The notes beneath the pieces are model-generated. The model was not told where the DNA came from. It searched no databases and saw only the letters and a list, made by a program, of their open reading frames with translations. The translations under genes were made by a program, and so were the position numbers. 64,000 nt of DNA from Dehalococcoidia bacterium (lineage in GTDB: Bacteria > Chloroflexota > Dehalococcoidia > Lucifugimonadales > VXLM01): NCBI GenBank assembly GCA_965220255.1, contig OZ244816.1:369124-433123 (forward strand), read 5' to 3'. This document shows, in pieces, positions 58,521 through 64,000 of this stretch; position 1 is the stretch's first letter; every line of letters starts with the position of its first letter.

Positions 58521-59579
58521 CTAGCTTTCCATGTCCTCGGTCTCGGACTCCTCGTCCTCGGCCGCTTCTTCCTGCGCCTGGGCCTCCTGAATATCGGGGT
58601 CGAGTTCCGGGGGCAGAAGGTCGTATGTGCGGAGCCTTTCGTATAGCTCACTCAGCGACTTCTCGCCGAAGTTCCTTATCTGCAGCAGCTCCGACTTGTT
58701 CATCTCGAGAACCTGGCCGACCTTATCGATGCTCGCGCGCTTGAGGCAGTTGAGCGTCCGTGACGAGAGATCGAGCTTCTCGACCGGAGTGTTGTACTGC
58801 TCAGGCGTGAGCGTTAGCACGACCGGGGTGGTGAGCTGTCCGTCGGGGGAGCCCTTCTGGGCGTTGGCGAACAGGAAGAACTTCTCAACGAGGACGTTTC
58901 CCGCGTCGCGGAGAGCTTCCAGAGGAGTGATCGACCCGTCCGTCCATATCTCGACAATGAGGCGTTCGAGGTTCGTGCGCTGTCCCACTCGCGTGTCCTC
59001 GACGCTGTAGTTCACCTTCCTTACGGGGGTGAATATGGCGTCGACGGGCAACACGCCGATGGGCACGCCGTCGCCCTCGGAGGCCTCGGCGTAGCCGATG
59101 CCGCGCTCGACGTTGAGCTCGATCGACAGCTTTGCCTCATCGGAATCGAGCGTGGCGATGTGCCACTCGGGGTTCACTACCTCAAAGTCGGAAGATGCCA
59201 TAATGTCGCCGGCGGATACTTCGCCCTGCCCTGCCACTTCCAGCCGGAGCTTGCCCGGTCGGTCTACCTGCGACCGCAGTCGTACTCCCTTGATGTTGAG
59301 CAGGATGTCCGACACCTGCTCCTTGACGTGGTCTATGGTCGCGTACTCGTGGAGGACGCCTTCAATCTTGACTGACGTGACGGCGGCGCCCTTCAGCGAG
59401 CTGTAGAGAACTCGTCGGAGGGGGTTGCCGAGCGTCATGCCGTAGCCCTGCGGCAGCGGTTCGATGACGAACTTGCCGTATCGCTCGTCCTCGAAATCGA
59501 CCGTGATCAGCGGGACGGGTTCCGGCTCCGGCTCTTCGATCATCGTTTCCGGCGCAGCAAAGGTGTGGAAGTCTATCAT
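58521..59579 (-). CDS. rpoA: DNA-directed RNA polymerase subunit alpha
   Basis: 352 aa. YGKFVIEPLPQGYGMTLGNPLRRVLYSSL; C-terminal-domain block LDLSSRTLNCLKRASIDKVGQVL. Acidic C-terminal tail. Confidence 0.95.
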   Translation of the reverse strand: MIDFHTFAAPETMIEEPEPEPVPLITVDFEDERYGKFVIEPLPQGYGMTLGNPLRRVLYSSLKGAAVTSVKIEGVLHEYATIDHVKEQVSDILLNIKGVRLRSQVDRPGKLRLEVAGQGEVSAGDIMASSDFEVVNPEWHIATLDSDEAKLSIELNVERGIGYAEASEGDGVPIGVLPVDAIFTPVRKVNYSVEDTRVGQRTNLERLIVEIWTDGSITPLEALRDAGNVLVEKFFLFANAQKGSPDGQLTTPVVLTLTPEQYNTPVEKLDLSSRTLNCLKRASIDKVGQVLEMNKSELLQIRNFGEKSLSELYERLRTYDLLPPELDPDIQEAQAQEEAAEDEESETEDMES

Positions 59580-59648
59580 ATGTCGCAGTTACTCCTCTCG
59601 ATCGTCACCGAGTGTTGGTTCTCGGTCCGGCAGGCGTCCTCAGTGGGA

Positions 59649-60284
59649 CTACCTGGAGTAGAACTCCACGATGAGCCTCGCGTCTATCCCAGTGTCGATT
59701 TCCGTCGGCTCAGGCATGGAGAGCATTTCGCCCGTGAGCGTGCCGGGTTCAAGCTTGAGCCAGGAAGGGACGGGGCGCTTCGGAAGACCGTCGGTCAGGG
59801 CCTCAACGAATCCGGGCACCGTGTCGTCGGTAACCCGGCGCCAAGTCACAACGTCGCCCGGTCGGACCCTGTAGGACGGAATGCTGACCTTGCGTCCGTT
59901 GACATTGAAATGGCCGTGATTGACTATTTGCCTGGCCTGTGGTCGCGAATCGACGAACGACAGGCGATAGACGACATTGTCGAGCCGCGATTCCAGGAGC
60001 TGTAGCAGCATGTCGCCGGTCACGCCCTGACTTTCCCGGGCGTCGGAGAAGTATCTCTTGAACTGTCGCTCAAGGACTCCATAGGTGAATCGCGCCTTCT
60101 GCTTCTCGCGCAGTTGGAGGGCCCACTCGGTGGGTCTTCTCGGACGGCGAGTCCCTTGGTCTCCCGGCGGGCGACGACGACGCTCTACTCCGCACTTTGG
60201 GGAGTAGCAGCGGTCACCCTTGAGGAAGAGCTTTTCCCCAATGCGACGGCATTGGCGGCATACTGCATCGGTTTTTCGTGCCAT
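59649..60284 (-). CDS. rpsD: 30S ribosomal protein S4
   Basis: 211 aa. CRQCRRIGEKLFLKGDRC; S4 RNA-binding domain LESRLDNVVYRL. Confidence 0.95.
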   Translation of the reverse strand: MARKTDAVCRQCRRIGEKLFLKGDRCYSPKCGVERRRRPPGDQGTRRPRRPTEWALQLREKQKARFTYGVLERQFKRYFSDARESQGVTGDMLLQLLESRLDNVVYRLSFVDSRPQARQIVNHGHFNVNGRKVSIPSYRVRPGDVVTWRRVTDDTVPGFVEALTDGLPKRPVPSWLKLEPGTLTGEMLSMPEPTEIDTGIDARLIVEFYSR

Positions 60285-60331
60285 GTGTGTCTGTCCGTTT
60301 CTCCTTGCTATTCAGGACCCTGAGGCAGTAC

Positions 60332-60721
60332 CTAGACTCGCCTACGCTTGCGGGGCCTGCACCCGTTATGGGGTATGGGGGTAACGTCTCGAATGCTCGT
60401 TACGAGGATGCCTGCGGCGTTCAGCGCGCGAACGGCGGCTTCACGACCGGCGCCGGGGCCTCGAATAAAGGCCTCGACCTGTCGCAGTCCATGCTCCGTG
60501 CCCTTTCGGGCCACATCCTCACCCGCCCTTTGAGCGGCGAACGCCGTGGACTTCCGGGAGCCGCGGAAGATCCCCAGGGACCCTGCGCTGCTCCAGGCAA
60601 TCACGTTGCCCTGCGGATCGGTGAGGGTGATGATGGTGTTGTTATAGGTCGATTGGATGTAGGCTCGACCCACGGGTACGGACTTTCGTTCCCTTCTTCG
60701 TGTTCTCGGCGCCCTTGGCAT
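60332..60721 (-). CDS. rpsK: 30S ribosomal protein S11
   Basis: 129 aa. [20 protein letters not shown]....SSAGS.GF.GSRKST.FAAQ. Confidence 0.95.
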   Translation of the reverse strand: MPRAPRTRRRERKSVPVGRAYIQSTYNNTIITLTDPQGNVIAWSSAGSLGIFRGSRKSTAFAAQRAGEDVARKGTEHGLRQVEAFIRGPGAGREAAVRALNAAGILVTSIRDVTPIPHNGCRPRKRRRV

Positions 60722-60760
60722 GGTTCTCCTCTTTGAGTAGTTGAATGGTCGGTTGGACTA

Positions 60761-61141
60761 TTATTTCTTGGCCACCTGTCGCTTACCGGCCACCGGCACG
60801 CGACGACCGCGCTTGGAGCGCGCATTCGTATGGGTCCGCTGGCCTCGGACGGGAAGTCCTCGCCGGTGGCGGTTGCCTCGATACGTACCAATGTCGATCA
60901 GGCGGCGTATGTTGCTTGTGACCTCTCGGCGAAGGTCGCCTTCCACGAGCTTTTCCCGGTCTACGATCTCACGTATTCGTGTAAGCTCGGCCTCGGTCAG
61001 GTCGGCGACTCGGGGGTTCCCCTCGATGCCAGCCTTGGCGACGACATCCTTCGCCTGCCATCGTCCGATGCCGTAGATTCGCGTGAGGGAAATCTCGACG
61101 CGCTTGTTGTCGGGAATATTCACTCCGGATACTATTGCCAT
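60761..61141 (-). CDS. rpsM: 30S ribosomal protein S13
   Basis: 126 aa. [20 protein letters not shown]..., [22 protein letters not shown]. Confidence 0.95.
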   Translation of the reverse strand: MAIVSGVNIPDNKRVEISLTRIYGIGRWQAKDVVAKAGIEGNPRVADLTEAELTRIREIVDREKLVEGDLRREVTSNIRRLIDIGTYRGNRHRRGLPVRGQRTHTNARSKRGRRVPVAGKRQVAKK

Positions 61142-61155
61142 GATCGTCTCCTAAC

Positions 61156-61269
61156 CTAGCCCTGCCGCTGTTTATGGCGCAGGTTGCTGCAAATGATCAT
61201 CACCCTGCCGCGCCGCCGGATGACCCGGCAGTTGGCGCATCTTTTCTTGACTGATGTCGATACTTTCAT
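61156..61269 (-). CDS. rpmJ: 50S ribosomal protein L36 (not in the ORF track because it is under 60 aa)
   Basis: My minus-strand translation gives [37 protein letters not shown]. Confidence 0.9.
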   Translation of the reverse strand: MKVSTSVKKRCANCRVIRRRGRVMIICSNLRHKQRQG

Positions 61270-61373
61270 GATTGCCTTTCCTCGACCCGCGCGTCACGAT
61301 GCCCGGACACCCTGTCCTTAAGGCGACGGGCGCAGCTGCCGCGAACAGTGCGGCACTTCTCGCCGTTCAGGGT

Positions 61374-61616
61374 TCAATTGGCGAAGCGGTAGGTGATTCG
61401 TCCCCTCCCCAAGTCGTAGGGTGAGAGCTCCACCAGCACGCGGTCACCCGGCAGGACGCGGATGTAGTTCATCTTGATCTTGCCGGACAGGTAGGCCAGC
61501 ACCTCGTGCCCATTCGCAAGCTCGACGCGGAACGTCGCGTTGCGGAGCGACTCAGTGACGCGGCCTTCTACCGCAATCGCTTCCTTCTTCCCTCCACTCT
61601 GGCTTTTCTTCGGCAT
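61374..61616 (-). CDS. infA: Translation initiation factor IF-1
   Basis: 80 aa. [58 protein letters not shown]. Confidence 0.95.
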   Translation of the reverse strand: MPKKSQSGGKKEAIAVEGRVTESLRNATFRVELANGHEVLAYLSGKIKMNYIRVLPGDRVLVELSPYDLGRGRITYRFAN

Positions 61617-61623
61617 ATACCCT

Positions 61624-62382
61624 CTATGCTGTCAGGACTTCGGGTCCGCTCTCCGTTACTGCCACGGTATCTTCGAAATGGGCCGAGCGACTGCCATCGG
61701 CGGTCACAACGGTCCATCCGTCGTCCAAGACTCTCGTATCCCAAGTTCCCATGTTAAGCATCGGCTCGATAGCGACCGTCATTCCCACTCGCAGCTGTGC
61801 GCCGTGACCGGGCGTACCGTAATTCGGCACGCTCGGGTCCTCATGAAGCGACCGCCCGATGCCGTGACCGACGTATTGTCGTACGACCCCGTAGCCGAGA
61901 CCCTCGGCATACGTCTGCACCGCGGCGCCGATATCGCCGATTCGGCCTCCATCCCTCGTCTGTTCGACAGCCATGCGGAGCGATTCTTCAGTGGCGTCGA
62001 TCAACCGCTGCGATTCCTCGTCTATTTCGCCGACGCCGACCGTGAAGGCAGTGTCACTGTGGAAACCACCCACGACCGCTCCAAGGTCTATGCTTATGAT
62101 CTCGCCTTCTTCCAGCCTCCGTTTTGACGGAATTCCGTGTACGATTTCTTCGTTGAATGACGCGCAGATCGTCGCGGGGAATCCATAGAGCCCCTTGAAC
62201 GAAGGGATGGCCCCAAGTGAACGAATCTCTCGCTCGGCGAGGGCGTCCAATTCCCGGGAACTGACGCCCGGTCGAATGGCGTCCTTCAAGACCGCCTTCG
62301 TAAGGGACGCAACGTGACCGGCCTCACGCATCAGGTCCAATTCTCGATTGGACTTTATCGTGATGCCGTCCATTCGCGGCAT
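61624..62382 (-). CDS. map: Methionine aminopeptidase type I; start uncertain (ATG 62382, 62373, or the listed 62436)
   Basis: [16 protein letters not shown]...; metal-ligand contexts [24 protein letters not shown]. Confidence 0.85.
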   Translation of the reverse strand: MPRMDGITIKSNRELDLMREAGHVASLTKAVLKDAIRPGVSSRELDALAEREIRSLGAIPSFKGLYGFPATICASFNEEIVHGIPSKRRLEEGEIISIDLGAVVGGFHSDTAFTVGVGEIDEESQRLIDATEESLRMAVEQTRDGGRIGDIGAAVQTYAEGLGYGVVRQYVGHGIGRSLHEDPSVPNYGTPGHGAQLRVGMTVAIEPMLNMGTWDTRVLDDGWTVVTADGSRSAHFEDTVAVTESGPEVLTA

Positions 62383-62492
62383 TCCCACTGTCGTCGTCTG
62401 TTTGATGACTGCTCCTCTTCTCGACTTACGAACCAAACAACCTATCTATGATAGCACGGAGGACTGAGGTCTCCGTACGAAAGACGGGGGAC

Positions 62493-63140
62493 CTAGGCCG
62501 CCCCGTTTGTTTTCTCAATCAACTCTGCTCCGACTTCTTCGATGGACTGCTCACCGTCAACCTCTCGCAGAATGCCCGCTTCCCGGTAATAGTCGATCAG
62601 CGGGGCAGTTTGCGAGAAATACACTTCCAGGCGCTTGCCCACCGCTTCCGGTCTGTCATCCTCTCTCTGATACAGTTCGCCTTCGCACTCACCACAGGCC
62701 CCGTCCGTGGGAGGCGGATTGAAGACCTTGTGAAAGGTCACTCCGCAGCCACGGCAGACGAGTCGTCCGGTTAGCCGGCGCACGAGCTCGTCGGTGGATA
62801 CTCGTATGTACAGGACGCGGTCGAGACCTTCAGTGTTCGCGAGCCCTTCATCGAGAGCCTCGGCCTGAGCCAGCGTTCGGGGGAACCCGTCAAGCAGGAA
62901 TCCTCCGTCTCCGGCCTCCGTCTTGATCCACTCAGTGACCATAGCTATCGTCACCTCGTCGGGGACCAGGACGCCGCGGTCCATGTACGACCTCGCCAGC
63001 CGTCCCAACTCCGTGTCGCGCTTCTGGTGGTCTCTGAACAGGTCACCGGATGCTGCAGACGGCACCTCAAGATGTCTTGCGATCTGCGCTGCTTGCGTTC
63101 CCTTTCCGGCCCCGGGCGGACCCAGCAGTACGACCTTCAA
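62493..63140 (-). CDS. adk: Adenylate kinase (zinc-lid type)
   Basis: 215 aa, TTG start. GPPGAGKGTQA; lid CRGCGVTFH...CGECEGEL. Confidence 0.9.
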   Translation of the reverse strand: MKVVLLGPPGAGKGTQAAQIARHLEVPSAASGDLFRDHQKRDTELGRLARSYMDRGVLVPDEVTIAMVTEWIKTEAGDGGFLLDGFPRTLAQAEALDEGLANTEGLDRVLYIRVSTDELVRRLTGRLVCRGCGVTFHKVFNPPPTDGACGECEGELYQREDDRPEAVGKRLEVYFSQTAPLIDYYREAGILREVDGEQSIEEVGAELIEKTNGAA

Positions 63141-63227
63141 AGTCTCACTTTCAAACGTCGCGCGTACCGGGCCGATCGATTCGTCGAGCGCGTCTCTCCT
63201 GCGCAGTACGTCGTCCGTCTCTCCTCC

Positions 63228-64000
63228 CTATCTCAAGAATCCTTCGTAGTTGCGCATGAGAAGCTGTGCTTCGAGCTGGCGCATGGTATCGAGCGCCACG
63301 CCGACCATGATGAGCAGACTCGTGCTGCTCAGGGTGAGGGCGCGGACGTCGGTGATTATCTGGAATACGAATGGAAGAACCGCGACGGTTGCCAGGAACA
63401 GGGCGCCGCCCCACGTGATGCGTATGATCACGCGGTTTAGGTACTCCTGCGTGGGCTGGCCCGGCCTGATGCCGGGGATGAACCCGCCATTCTTCTGCAG
63501 GTTCTCGGCCAAGTTCTGCTGCTGGAAGATGACCAGCGTATAGAAGAACGTGAATCCAAGAGTGAGGAAGAACACCGCGACCCAGTACGGGATACGGGTG
63601 GGGTCCATCGCATCGGCGAAGGACTGAAGGCCCCGGACGATGATGCTGGTGCTGAGCGGGTCGCGGAAATAGCTCGCCACCGTTACGGGCAGGATGATAA
63701 TCGAGAACGAGAATATGAGCGGGATCATGCCCGCCGAGTTCACACGGAGGGGCAGGAAGGTCGAGCCGCTCTGCCGCTGCATCCGCCCACCGCGGAAGAC
63801 GCTTCGTCCGTACTGAACGGGAATCCGGCGCTGGGCCTCGTTGAACAGGACGATGGTGTATATCGTGGCGAATCCAAGGATTACCAGCATGAGGAGACCG
63901 GCACCCTCGTCGCTTTCGAGGAAGCCCTGGCCGATCTGCTGTGGGAACTGGGCGACGATTCCTCCGAAGATTATCAGCGACACGCCATTGCCGAGACCCT
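63228..64000 (-). CDS. secY: Preprotein translocase subunit SecY, C-terminal part (5' end beyond the window edge)
   Basis: The frame stays open to nt 64000. ...NLQKNGGFIPGIRPGQPT.EYL......IT..GA.FL...A..P... and C-terminal DTMRQLEAQLLMRNYEGFL. Confidence 0.9.
   Translation of the reverse strand, partial: GLGNGVSLIIFGGIVAQFPQQIGQGFLESDEGAGLLMLVILGFATIYTIVLFNEAQRRIPVQYGRSVFRGGRMQRQSGSTFLPLRVNSAGMIPLIFSFSIIILPVTVASYFRDPLSTSIIVRGLQSFADAMDPTRIPYWVAVFFLTLGFTFFYTLVIFQQQNLAENLQKNGGFIPGIRPGQPTQEYLNRVIIRITWGGALFLATVAVLPFVFQIITDVRALTLSSTSLLIMVGVALDTMRQLEAQLLMRNYEGFLR

Noticed and set aside
1-64000. Mobile genetic elements, prophage, toxin-antitoxin pairs or known defence systems
   Set aside because: I recognised no integrase, transposase, recombinase, phage structural, restriction-modification, TA or other defence-associated motifs in any frame. 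The only mobile-like features are the non-autonomous short repeats.

Overview
This is a 64-kb, densely coding, high-GC bacterial chromosomal segment. Hand-counted 60-nt lines in housekeeping genes give about 63-67% G+C. I recognised no rRNA, CRISPR array, transposase, integrase or phage gene. All product calls come from motif recognition by eye on the supplied ORF translations; no database search was possible.

Housekeeping blocks:
- tRNA-Thr/Tyr/Thr, tuf, rpmG, secE, nusG, rplK, rplA, rplJ and rplL on the minus strand (25.5-30.7 kb).
- secY (partial), adk, map, infA, rpmJ, rpsM, rpsK, rpsD, rpoA, rplQ, truA, rplM and rpsI on the minus strand (56.5-64 kb).

Other content:
- a livJ(partial)HMGF-like amino-acid ABC importer
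- nhaA
- the B12-binding subunit of a split methylmalonyl-CoA mutase plus the epimerase
- clpC
- a heat-shock module (hsp20, divergent from cbpA/dnaJ-like and hspR)
- speH-speB
- an acid-sugar-type catabolic cluster (MDR dehydrogenase, enolase-superfamily enzyme, 2-hydroxyacid dehydrogenase, cupin, RraA-like aldolase)
- nnr and ubiE/menG
- two tandem 12-bladed NHL-propeller paralogues
- an AmiS/UreI-like channel and prkA
- bcp and cca
- a luciferase-like monooxygenase
- an orphan family-5 substrate-binding protein (SBP)

The most unusual region is a same-strand glycan locus of about 10.6 kb (35.9-46.6 kb). It encodes:
- a Wzm-like ABC-2 permease
- a Wzt-like ATPase whose C-terminus is an eight-repeat plant-type (24-residue) LRR domain instead of a carbohydrate-binding module
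- a 932-aa methyltransferase / coiled-coil / CgeB-like GT / GT2 fusion
- a secreted heparinase II/III-like protein
- wecB, wecC and a GT4 glycosyltransferase

I propose it is an undescribed variant of the ABC-transporter-dependent capped-chain glycan pathway. Part of the locus is visibly lower in GC than its surroundings.

Intergenic spaces carry several families of short GC-rich palindromic repeats. These include a 139-bp composite palindrome, and one hairpin copy with a compensatory base-pair change. Many long ORFs in the track are antisense or out-of-frame artefacts of high GC, and I rejected them.

Lineage is a low-confidence guess: a monoderm-like, possibly Chloroflexota/SAR202-like organism. 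The hints are lipoprotein-type SBPs with Pro/Ala linkers, HspR, many LLM/enolase-type enzymes and this style of intergenic repeat.
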